The notes below the pieces were generated by a model, which saw only the letters and a list, made by a program, of their open reading frames with translations, was not told the origin of the DNA and did not search any database. The translations under genes were made by a program, and so were the position numbers. Of a stretch of 64,000 nt of DNA, positions 53,346 through 64,000 are shown piece by piece; the first letter of the stretch is position 1, and every line of letters begins with the position of its first letter. Source of the DNA: the human T2T-CHM13v2.0 reference genome, Homo sapiens; NCBI GenBank assembly GCA_009914755.4, contig CP068257.2, positions 38,528,001-38,592,000 on the forward strand. The letters run 5' to 3'.

Positions 53346-56300
53346 CCGGAGATTGGAGAGAGAAGAGGGAATAAGAGGAGGTGTTAAGATTCAGCATTTA
53401 TGGTGAGGGAACAAGAACATTCCCTTTCAACCATTTGAGTTCAACAATTTAAGTTCAACCATTTGAATTCAACAGGGGAACTCAAAGAGTAGAGATTGGG
53501 TGCACCTATAAAAAGGTGAGCTGGCATGTTCCTCGACAGCTGGAGGCTTACTGGCTGTAGAAACCCCAGGCTCACCATGGATCTGCCATCACAGAGGAAC
53601 TGAAGGTGGTGGCACTTTCTGTTTGGCCTCAATCCACTAATCAAGATTTTTTCTCATACGGGAAAGAGGCTAACTCAAGATAATTAGAGATCTCAAAGCC
53701 AACAAAAGTAACCTAAATTACAAAACTGTGAATAAATAAATTACAGGCCTATGAACAAGAAAATATTTACTCCTCATTCTTTCTCTCACGACTGGGGAAT
53801 GTGAATCAGAAACCATGACACCCACATATAATTTAGCTTTGAAAGGTGACCCCTGTCCACTACCATCAACCCCCACGCCCCAATTCCTGATGAGTGTCCT
53901 GATTCCTGCAACACCCTCATCCTTAGAATAAAATATAGAAACTCTTGTTGCAAAACTGAAAATCAATCCATGTTTAATGCCTCCCAGTCTCCTGGGCATC
54001 TCAAGGCTATGGTCAGGATTTCCTATTTTGCAGTGTTTGTAAAAAGGAAATGTATAAAATGGTAAGACATAAAAACAGACAGTTTTCCTTTGAGAACTTG
54101 GTAAGTCACCATCATCACCTCCCAAATCCAGGGTAGTTTAACACTCACTGACTATATTCCAATGAGAGCAAGCCAATTCTGAAGTAAGGGTTTCTGTCCT
54201 ATTCTAGGAGCTCCAAGGCTGGTGTTGACCCAGAATGTAATTCCCTAGTACTTTAAAACCACCAACTGGAAGAACTGTTCTCCAAAAACTGCAGCATTGT
54301 TTTGAGGACTTGTTTGTTTTCTTCTCTTTTCCTTTTTTAAAAAAATAATCACAAGTTTTATCGCATTTGATGAGAGAAGTACCTTGGCCAAACCATAGAC
54401 CTCTGGTTTGTTTATGACTTGCCCATCTTAATCTGCACACAATACTCCTCAGTTTTATTTAGATTTCTACTTTGAAAGAGTGCCCTACTAAAATGGGTAT
54501 TTTTGTTCTGGTTATTAAATTCAGCACTTAGAGAGAAATGCTCTGACTAGCCCATGTTCTCCTATCCAGCTCAAGTATTTTCAGCCCTTTAAAGTAATGG
54601 TGGAAAGGAAAAAATGAATCATTACCATGGCTTCTTTGCAATGCTAATGTTTGAAGGCATGACCTTTTCACTTGTCACAGTTATGGATGCCTAGAGATGA
54701 CAACATGTCTGTACAGCAGCCCTTTTTGCGAGGATTTCTGAAGCATAACAAATGGATGGGGTAATTTAACAGGGATTGGTACCAAGGAGAGGCTGTGGGC
54801 AAACCCTGCTAGCAGGGCCAAGGGAGATCCAGACCCAAGAAGGCTTTGTCCAAAGGTTGTGTGCTGCGTGCCTCTCTTGCAAAATTACCCATTGAGGAAG
54901 GTGCTGTTTTACATCATATCAATTTATAAATTTGCTTCATAAACTATAATATTATCTAACAGCATCCTTAATGCTCAGTAAATCTGTGTTCTTATGATAT
55001 AAGGGAGCATCCCTCTGACCTACTTTTTTGCAGCATAAAGATGCAGTGGTGTAGTGGAGCTGCTGTCATTGGCCAGGGAGATCTGATTGTGCACATCTCT
55101 GCCCAGCTTGGCAGTGCAGTCATGTCTCTTTCCCATTTAGCTTGAAATTGGCAATGGTGGTAGTATTTATACCACTGAAATTGGCGAGTGCTAGAAATCA
55201 CGGCTTTCTCCATCCTCTCCCCCTCAATAGCTAATTGTTAAACATTTACCAGAATAATACTTAGGAGAGTGTTTCACTATATTAATAATTTTAAAGGGTG
55301 TTCCCATCGTACAAGAGATACTGAGAAGATAGTAAGATTAAGCTAAGAGCAATAATTAACTTTATCAATGAAAGTAAACCCTTATTTATTAATTAAATAA
55401 TTAAAATATGAACAGTTTGTCACTGTACGTTTTGACAAGTAATTCAGTGATAAATTGATGAATATCTTAATTTTTTAACCCTAGGATACAGAGAGAATGA
55501 AAAATTCTATCAATAAATCACTGATATTAAAGACTGGTTCCAAACTTTACTCTCAAGTCTTTTAATGACTCTATCAATAATGCAAAATTAATCCTTATAC
55601 ATTTTTATGGTTTTTGTTCCTACCTGGTTCTGCTGAAAAGAAAACAGATTGAAAAGAAAACAACTGAAAAGAAAACAGGAGAAAGTACCAAACAGCCTGG
55701 ATAATCCCGAATGAGACAAGATTCCTGTCACAAGCATCTGGCTCAATACTTTCATTTTATAGAGAAGAAAGGGTGTCAAATGCCCAAATACAGGAGTCCA
55801 TCAGGATCTGACTCTGATCGGTCCTATTTGAAAACCATCATCGTCATGATCACCCCAAACATAGGAGATGGCCAACTGTCCCAGGGTGTCCAGGACTTCC
55901 AGTGTTTTAACACAGGAAGTCTGTATCCTGGGAAGTTTCTCAGTCCCTCCAGGCATTCAGAGCAGATATGGCAGAGGAGGGTGTGGAGCCAAGAACGAGG
56001 CAGCATAAACCTGGCCCAATGCCCAAGATGGGAAACTGAGGCAGGAATTACAGGGTTCCCGGGTGGGAGGTCAAAAGAAGGAGATGCTCTGGGACATAAA
56101 CACATTTTAAAGCTATTTTTTCAAGTCCCTTTTAAACCAGTCCTCCCAAATTTTTATTATGAAAAAATTTCAAACATACAGGAAGCCAATCAGCCATGTA
56201 TCTACTGCCTGGATTCCACAGTTCACACTTTAATGCACAGTGTTGAATCAAAATGTGTTTTCTTTGTTATCAAGATTTACTGAATACATTTTTTTTATTA

Positions 56301-56639
56301 TTCTATTTTAAAACTACCTTGGGTAAACACATACATCAGCGTGGGTCTCAAAGGTCGAGCTGTAAGATGGCAGCCACCTGCCTGGATTCTGCAGCTCAGG
56401 GTGCAGACCCACTGGCCTCCTGGTGTCCCAGGTAAAGGAACTGCCGCACCCTGGCCTGCAGAGGTGATGTGGGGTTAGGTGGTGCCTGGGGTAGAGTGGT
56501 GCCCCTCACATATGTCTTACCAAAAGGAAAGGTGAGGAAGGGGCCTGGGAGCAGAGAATCTGACTCCAACCTCCTGCCGCTGGGACTGGGCAGGACCCTT
56601 GGCCGTCCTGGGTTTTGGCTTTCTCACCTGAGTCATAGA

Positions 56640-56790
56640 GGAGCTGAATGGGATCACGGGCTCTCAACCTGGCCTGTATCTCGGAATCACCTAGAAGCCT
56701 TTAAAATAGGCCAGTGCTCAGGCCCCACCGCACGTTGGCTCAGAGTCCCTGGGGGTGGGGGTTATGCATGGATTTATTTAAGTTTCCCAG
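56640..56790. mobile_element. MER5-like DNA-transposon relic
   Basis: The motif GGAATCACCTAGAAGCCTTTAAAATAGGCCAGTGCTCAGGCCCCACCGCACGTTGGCTCAGAGTCCCTGGGGGTGGGGGTTATGCATGGATTTATTTAAGTTTCCCAGACGATCCTAA shares the core found at 12800-12962 and at 63655-63745. Confidence 0.5.
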
Positions 56791-56864
56791 ACGATCCTAA
56801 AATATACAGCCTGGATTGAAACAACTCAATCCGATGATCCCCAAGGTCTTTTCCCCCACTAATT

Positions 56865-57040
56865 GCCATTTCCCCTCCTTCTCCTTTTTTCTTTATTTCT
56901 TTCCCTCTATCCTTCTGTTCCTCCCTCCCAATTTTTTCTTCATTTTTCCCTTCCTTCCTTCTTCACTTTCCCCTCTCTTTCTTCTGTTTCATCCTCCCTC
57001 TATTTCTGTCTCCTGCTTTTTTCTGTTTTCTCCTTCACAG
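56865..57040. repeat. Polypyrimidine (CT-rich) low-complexity tract of about 175 bp
   Basis: The sequence is CCATTTCCCCTCCTTCTCCTTTTTTCTTTATTTCTTTCCCTCTATCCTTCTGTTCCTCCCTCCCAATTTTTTCTTCATTTTTCCCTTCCTTCCTTCTTCACTTTCCCCTCTCTTTCTTCTGTTTCATCCTCCCTCTATTTCTGTCTCCTGC. Confidence 0.85.
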
Positions 57041-57387
57041 TGCCATAATAACAACAATAGCTAATTTTTATGAGTGTTGACTGTGTGCTAAGAACTTTTC
57101 CATATACTGCATAAGTATTTCAGCCATACGACATGATGGAATAAAAACACTAGCCATGGAAATGACCCAAGACACATGAGTACTATTTTAAGTTGATTCT
57201 AAATTATGCTATAAATAGAAGTGAGACACATAGACAAAACATTTCCAGCAGATTAATTGGATTTGCATCTATATTAACAAAGGTCTATGCAGATGGTCAA
57301 ATAGAAACCAGACACCAAACACCGCCTTTAAATGGGCAAAAATAAAGATTAGAATATAAGAGAATTTTGGAATTAATTTCTACTTGA

Positions 57388-57721
<334 letters not shown>

Positions 57722-58290
57722 TCTCCTTAATTTCTAAGTAAGGAAACAGAGAACTAGGGGGTTTAAGACTGGAAATGACTAGACCTATTCCCCTTGCCTC
57801 TCTCCTATCCCTAATGCAAAGTTCTATTTTATTTAGTAAGTTTATTAAAAAATCAATATTACCATAAAAGTAATACAGTAAAATGATCTTCATTAATCCC
57901 TAAAGTGATGAATCTTTCCCATCCCCTCTCTTCCCTTCTCTTTCCTCCTTCCTTCCTCCAGGGTCTGGAAAGCTAAATGGTAGTAGCAGCACAGTTAGTT
58001 AATAACGCATCTGTCCTTCTGTCCTTTCACGTCTCAGATCATTTTCATATCATGAGCTTGCAGCAACACATGTGTTTCTCAGTGGAGAAGGGATTCTTAA
58101 TTCCATTTACCTATAATTACCTAGGATGGGGAAACTAAGTAATTAGCCTAAAGTCATACAACTAGTAAATGGAAGATCTAGAAGGAGAATCCAGGTCTTC
58201 TGATTCCAAGTGCAAAGCCTCTTTCCCTTATAGTAGCGGAGGAGGCCAAGGGTGCAGAGTGTCTGACCACAGGGGTATCTGACAGCCTGA

Positions 58291-58405
58291 CTGTCTTCAA
58301 GCCTGAACACCCTTGGAAGCCCCTCAGTCTGGGGCCTGAGTCCATTTACAGGAGACTCCTCATAAAGTCCGTGAAATTTCCACTTTCTCAGCTGCAAGGC
58401 AAGAC
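58291..58405 (+). repeat. Copy A of a 115-bp direct repeat (partner at 60408-60522, about 94% identity)
   Basis: The sequence is CTGTCTTCAAGCCTGAACACCCTTGGAAGCCCCTCAGTCTGGGGCCTGAGTCCATTTACAGGAGACTCCTCATAAAGTCCGTGAAATTTCCACTTTCTCAGCTGCAAGGCA. Confidence 0.85.
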
Positions 58406-59559
58406 CCAAACATCTCCCGCAAGCCTATTGCATATTTGTAGAATTAAGCAGACGAGACTGGCTACACAATTTGCAGGACCCAGAGCAAAATGAAAATATG
58501 GAGGCTTTTGTTCAAAAAGCAGGAAAAAGGTGCCATTAAAGTTCTAAAATATAAAGCTTTTTCCTTCCTTCTGTGGTCTCCCTCTCTCCCTCTGTCATGA
58601 TGGCCTTTATTTTTTATTTAATATCCCACTTCCTCTGGCATGGTGATACTGGCTGGTCAAGTGCTGACCCTCCCTAACTCCCAGTAACAGCCCTGTGACT
58701 TGGCATGCACACTCATGTGCCCCACCACATGCCTGGATCCCCACCATCATCATACCCAGGCCAGGGTGGGGACGTGTAGTCAGGCCTCTCTCAGTCGAAT
58801 AGGTGACCTTCAGTGACCTGGAGACCCACCCTGCCCGGTCATCCTCTGTAAACTCTCTGGTACTGCCACCTAGAAGCAGGGAGGGGTGCCACACCCAGAA
58901 ATGTTACAGGAGGCTGTCTCTGACCTTCTCCACATACTTACCCAGATCCCCATGGACTGGATGACCATAGCCATTGCTGGGCAGTTGCAGGAAAGGGGAG
59001 CCTGGGGCTCCAGGGGGCAGGAAAGTGAACAGCTGAAAACCTATTCTGGAGAGGCAGTGGGAGGTGGGATGACATGGGAGCTGTGGCTCCACATACCCTG
59101 TTCATGCTCCATTGTCACACTGGACTTCACTTGCAAAACACAATTTCAAAGACAAAATTGTTAAGAATTCAAGATGGCGGCTGCAGATAATCTTTGGCTT
59201 GTGGGACTGGACTGGTCTTGTACCGATGATGCTGTCCCTGAATGTCAGGACAGTACTCCACTTCCTAGGCAGCCTCTACTGCTTCCAGTAGAAAGAAACA
59301 GCCCAGGTACCTTGAGCAGGAGGGGAATAAGAAGAGCTGAGGAGAGGGCAGTCTCTTGGATAAGACTTAGATATGAGTAACCACAATCTGGAATCTGAAG
59401 TAGGGAGCCCACTCTGCCCATCATGAAGGCAATGGGTACAGAGGCAAGCCTTAATGAGGGAAGTGACTAATCCACTTGCAATCAACATCTTCCCAAGCCA
59501 CTCAATACATCACGATTATCTTTCATTAAACCTGTGGTCCCTATTCCTTACATCACCTG

Positions 59560-60265
59560 GGAGCCATAAAAACACCCACAGTATGCTGAGAATGATGACT
59601 TCCAGCTTCATCCCCTGGAAAGGATAAGATCTCATTCTTTTTTATGGCTGCATAGTATTCCATCATGTATACATGCCACATTTTCTTTATCCAGTCTATC
59701 ATTAATGGGCATTTGGGTTGTTTCCAAGTCTTTGCTATTGTAAATACTGCAGCAATAAACATAAGTGTGCATGTGTCTTTATTGTAGAATGAGTTATAAT
59801 CCTTTGGGTATATAACCAGTAATGGGATTGCTGGGTCAAATGGTATTTCTGGTTTTAGATCCTTGAGGAATCACCACACTGTTTTCCACAATGGTTGAAC
59901 TAATTTACACTCCCACCCACAGTGTAAAAGCATTCCTATTTCTCCACAGCCTCGCCAGCATATGTTGTTCCTGACTTTTTAATAATAGCCATTCTGACTA
60001 TTCTCACTTATAAGTGGGAGTTGATCAATGAGAATACGTGGACACAGGGAGGGGAACAACACGCACCGGGGCCTGTCGGTGGGTGGGGCAAGGGGAGGGA
60101 GAGCATTAGGACAAATATCTAATGCATGCAGGGCTTAAAACCTAGATGACAGGTTGATGGGTGCAGCAAACCACCATGGCACATATATACCTATGTAACA
60201 AACCTGCACATTCTGCACATGTATTCTGGAACTTAAAGTAAAATTAAAAAAACAAAAAACAAAAA
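59560..60265 (+). mobile_element. 5'-truncated L1PA-lineage 3' end (ORF2 C-terminus plus 3'UTR plus A-rich tail)
   Basis: It runs ...TTTTTATGGCTGCATAGTATTCCATCATGTATACATGCCACATTTTCTTTATCCAGTCTATCATTAATGGGCATTTGGGTTGTTTCCAAGTCTTTGCTATTGTAAATACTGCAGCAATAAACATAAGTGTGCATGTGTCTTTATTGTAGAATGA...TCACTTATAAGTGGGAGTTGATCAATGAGAATACGTGGACACAGGGAGGGGAACAACACGCACCGGGGCCTGTCGGTGGGTGGGGCAAGGGGAGGGAGAGCATTAGGACAAATATCTAATGCATGCAGGGCTTAAAACCTAGATGACAGGTTGATGGGTGCAGCAAACCACCATGGCACATATATACCTATGTAACAAACCTGCACATTCTGCACATGTATTCTGGAACTTAAAGTAAAATTAAAAAAAC. Confidence 0.85.
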
Positions 60266-60407
60266 ACACCCACAGTAGTATCTTCCCAGTCACAGCGAAT
60301 ACTTGCTGTCCTCAGGATTCTTTTTTTTTTTTTTTTGGTAAAATACACATAACAAAAAATTGGTCATTTTGGTCACTTTCAGTGGACAAAGTACATTCTT
60401 AGTCTGT

Positions 60408-60522
60408 CTTCAAATCAGAACACCCTTGGAAGCCCCTCATTCTGGGGCCTGAGTCCATTTACAGGAGACTCCCCATAAAGTCCTTGAAATTTCCATTTTC
60501 TCAGCTGCAAGGCACATTGCTG
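60408..60522 (+). repeat. Copy B of the 115-bp direct repeat
   Basis: The sequence is CTGTCTTCAAATCAGAACACCCTTGGAAGCCCCTCATTCTGGGGCCTGAGTCCATTTACAGGAGACTCCCCATAAAGTCCTTGAAATTTCCATTTTCTCAGCTGCAAGGCA. Confidence 0.85.
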
Positions 60523-61610
60523 TACAGCCTTCACTACAATTCATCCCCCAAACTTTTTCTTCTTCCCAACCTGAAACTTGGCAACTCTTAAACAATCCCT
60601 ATTCTCTCCTTTTCCTGGCCCCCAGGCCCTGGCAGTCACCATTCTACTTTCCGTCTCTATGAATTTGACTTCTCTGGGGACCTCCTATAAGAAGAATCAT
60701 ACAGTATTTGTCTTTTTGTATCTGGCTCATTTTACTTAGCATAATCTCCTCAAGGTTCAGTCAAGCTGTAGCCTGTGTCTGAATTTCCTTCTTTTCTAAG
60801 CCTGAATTATATTTCAAGATATGTGTACACAGCATTTTTTTAATCCAGTCATCTGTCAACGGACACTTGTGTTGCTTTCACCTTTTGGCTATTGTGAACA
60901 CTGGTGTACAAAACATTATTTTTTAGAGTCTGTAGAACTTTGCTAGAGAAAATGGCTTGAGTCTTTTTGCCTGTTTCTTCTCAAGCCATTCAAAGGCCAA
61001 GCAGTATTTTCCCTGTTTGTGGTCTCTGCCTCTCAGTTTCATCTCCGTTTCCTCATCTGTAAGAACAATGAGACCTGCCGCCTCCTAAGGCTGTAATGAG
61101 GATTAATGAGATTATGTTAGAGGAACCCTCTGAGGGTGTTGGAAGAATGGCCCCACAGAAACACCAAGTGTGATTATCCCTGCTGCAGAATCAAAAATTT
61201 CTCCTGTCCAAATACTTATTGTTCATAAGATTTCGGCAAGTGAGGCTGCCTACTGGGCAGCTCTAATCCTTATAAAGAAAATGATTTTTCCAGCCAGGAA
61301 TTAACAAATTCTTAGCACATACTAAAATATCTCCTCAGCTGGGTTATTATGCTTACATAATGAAGTTACTTAGATTATAACCGTTAATCAAATTCATGTT
61401 TCCAAGCTGGAGTGGGTCATATTTGATGCTAAGCTTGAACAAGAATGACAACATCTCCACTTCCTGGCAGCTTTTCCAGGCCCTTATGACATGATTGAAT
61501 GTGTCAGGGGAAAGACGAAGAACATTTAGGGTTCATATTACATTCACTCTGAAGTTATTTCAAGTCACATTATTGGAAGAAAGTTGATTTATTTTTTAAG
61601 ACAAGTATGA

Positions 61611-62054
<444 letters not shown>

Positions 62055-63654
62055 TAATAATTATGTAGAAAAAGGAAAATAGTAAATAGATTTTGATTTC
62101 CTGCCATCAATGATAGTAAAAAAATAAAGAAACAAGGAAGAAAATAGATCATGTCATCCTGAAAAATTGGGTAAGTGCTGTCCAGGATATTAATTGCAGC
62201 AAAAATATATTATGAGCCATGGGTTAGCCAGTTTTTAAGGTGACCTGTGGTAATCTCATCTCCTGGAATTCAAACTCTCCACATTTTATCACTCTGAGAC
62301 CAGATTATAAAAGGACTGTAGCTTCTACCTTCTACTTGGGTGCCCCAGTTCTCTCTCTTTCTGTCTGATCACTTGCTCCAGGGAAGCCTGCCATGATATC
62401 ACCAGGATACCCATGTGGCCTATGGAGAGGACCATGAGAAGGACAAGTCTTGGGCCAATAGCCTGCCAACAACCCTGTGTGGGAGCTGGGGGGTGGATTC
62501 CACCCCCGCCACCCTTCACTCTTATATTCAGATGCATTTCCCAGAAGGCAAGCAGTTTCCATGTGGCTTGGGGACAGACACAGAGTTGTCATGTCTGAAG
62601 CCATGTTCTAACTTTTGAGCAGCTGCTTTATGTACAGCTGTTTTTCATGGAGAAACAGAGAAGATAAATCATCATCCCCATTAGCACTCAATGGGGTGGT
62701 GAATTCTACCATGTCTTGTCTCCATCACCCACTGCACAGCACACTGCCTGTGGCTCCCAGCCGTTCAGTGTGCTGTGTCTTCTGGAAGCTGGGCTGGTTA
62801 TCTCCTTGAACAAGTCCTTCGGCCTCTCTGTGCCTCAATTTCTGTACCTATAATTACAGCACCCCCTCCTAGGGTTGCTGTAGAGATTACAAGCTAATAG
62901 CTCTTTAGGGTGTCCCAGGGATCTCCTCTACCTGAAGATTCTTGTCCAAAATGGGCCAACGCCCAGTATTTTGATCCTTCCTTCAACGTTATAATCTCCA
63001 CCATATTTCTGATTCCTAAAGTTTCACCTTTTCCTTGAAACCACTCTGACCATGTGATCTTCATCTGTGTTAATATTCATTTTCCACTGTGCCTCTTCAT
63101 TCAAGCATTAGTGGCATGATTCCATTGGCTTGCATGTGATGCCCATATGGTTTTTTTATTTGGTTATCTGGATTGTATCATTTATTTCATTCCTTTTTCA
63201 TTTGACTATGCTAGTATCAAGGACATAAATGCCCTTTTAAAAACATCTGGTGTAATAATGAGGATGATAATTATAGCTAATATGCATTAAGTTCTCTGCT
63301 GAGAAATGTATTAGCTTTTAATACCTACAGCAATCCTAGGAAGGAGGTTTTGTAAATATGAGTATAAAAATTGAGGCACAGAGAGGCTAAATGGCTTGTT
63401 CAAGATCACACAGGTAGAGAGGAGCGGAGCCAGAATTTTAAACCATGCAGCCCATCTGTTTCCCACCTGGGTATGGATGCATGAACAACTTGGTACATCC
63501 TTGGCTGCTTTTGAACTGTATGTAAAATACCATCAACCTTTCTGCATTCATTTGTGTCTGGCTTCTTTCCTTCCACCTTATGTTTGCAGATATCTACCAT
63601 ACATGTATAGTACCTGTTGTTTCTTTCCTTTTATACACAGAGTTATTATACAGC

Positions 63655-63745
63655 CCTGAACCAGCATCACCTGGGAACATGCTAGAAATGCACACTCTGG
63701 GGTCCCACAACCTGTCTGAATCATCCCCCACCTGGGGGCTGCTTT
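63655..63745. mobile_element. Partial MER5-like relic
   Basis: The sequence is CCAGCATCACCTGGGAACATGCTAGAAATGCACACTCTGGGGTCCCACAACCTGTCTGAATCATCCCCCACCTGGGGGCTG. Confidence 0.45.
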
Positions 63746-64000
63746 ACATCTGTTCTTTGTGGCATCCCTCCCCTACCCGTCACCCAGAGCCTTGTTTTCT
63801 AGTACCCTGCGTGCATATTGCAGAAGCAGCTCAGGCTTTGGAATCAGCAGAGCTAACTTTGAGGTTTTTTGGCTCTGCCAATTGATAAGCTATAAAATTA
63901 GGTGGGTATTTATGTTCTGAATCATCTATCAAATGGGTGCAAGGGTGATGCCCACCTCAATAGAGAGAAGCAACACAATTAAATACATGCAAAGACCTTT

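Overview
This window is human (primate) genomic DNA, not a prokaryotic locus. The evidence is 14 Alu SINEs, two L1 3'-end fragments, THE1/MaLR LTRs, MER5-like DNA-transposon relics and several dinucleotide microsatellites. All of it lies inside one large minus-strand gene that I identify as DSCAM (Down syndrome cell adhesion molecule, chr21q22.2). Seven coding exons are present, all with canonical GT/AG splice sites and a mutually consistent phase chain. In transcription order (high to low coordinate) they are 49346-49542 and 48195-48291 (the two halves of Ig9), 47437-47565 and 38113-38280 (the two halves of FN3-1), 26398-26468 and 3676-3916 (FN3-2) and 1743-1889 (N-half of FN3-3). Together they encode the contiguous peptide [13 protein letters not shown]...[91 protein letters not shown]...[73 protein letters not shown]...[59 protein letters not shown]. 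The six-frame ORF track missed two of these exons because they are too short (97 nt and 71 nt); I found them by reading the minus strand between the exons the phase chain said must be joined. About 98% of the window is intron. The most unusual non-coding structures are two large intronic minisatellites. One is a G-rich array of about 1.8 kb (41645-43455) built from 28-30-bp units with variable poly-G runs. The other is a G-poor, strand-asymmetric C/A/T array of about 1.4 kb (7790-9230) with 49-57-bp units. Both generate the long spurious ORFs in the track (749/658/555 aa and 389/304 aa). Other notable features are a U25 tract about 90 nt upstream of the FN3-1 second-half acceptor, a CpG-dense GC-rich 240-bp block directly downstream of the FN3-2 donor, young Alus with intact target-site duplications, an Alu A-tail converted to a (GGAA)n microsatellite, a 30-bp tandem triplication, and a pair of 115-bp direct repeats at about 94% identity 2 kb apart. 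I see no evidence for a novel 'system' of the defense-island kind: no CRISPR, no operons and no nested protein-coding gene that I can support. Gene identity and repeat family names rest on recalled protein and repeat consensus sequences and should be confirmed by search.
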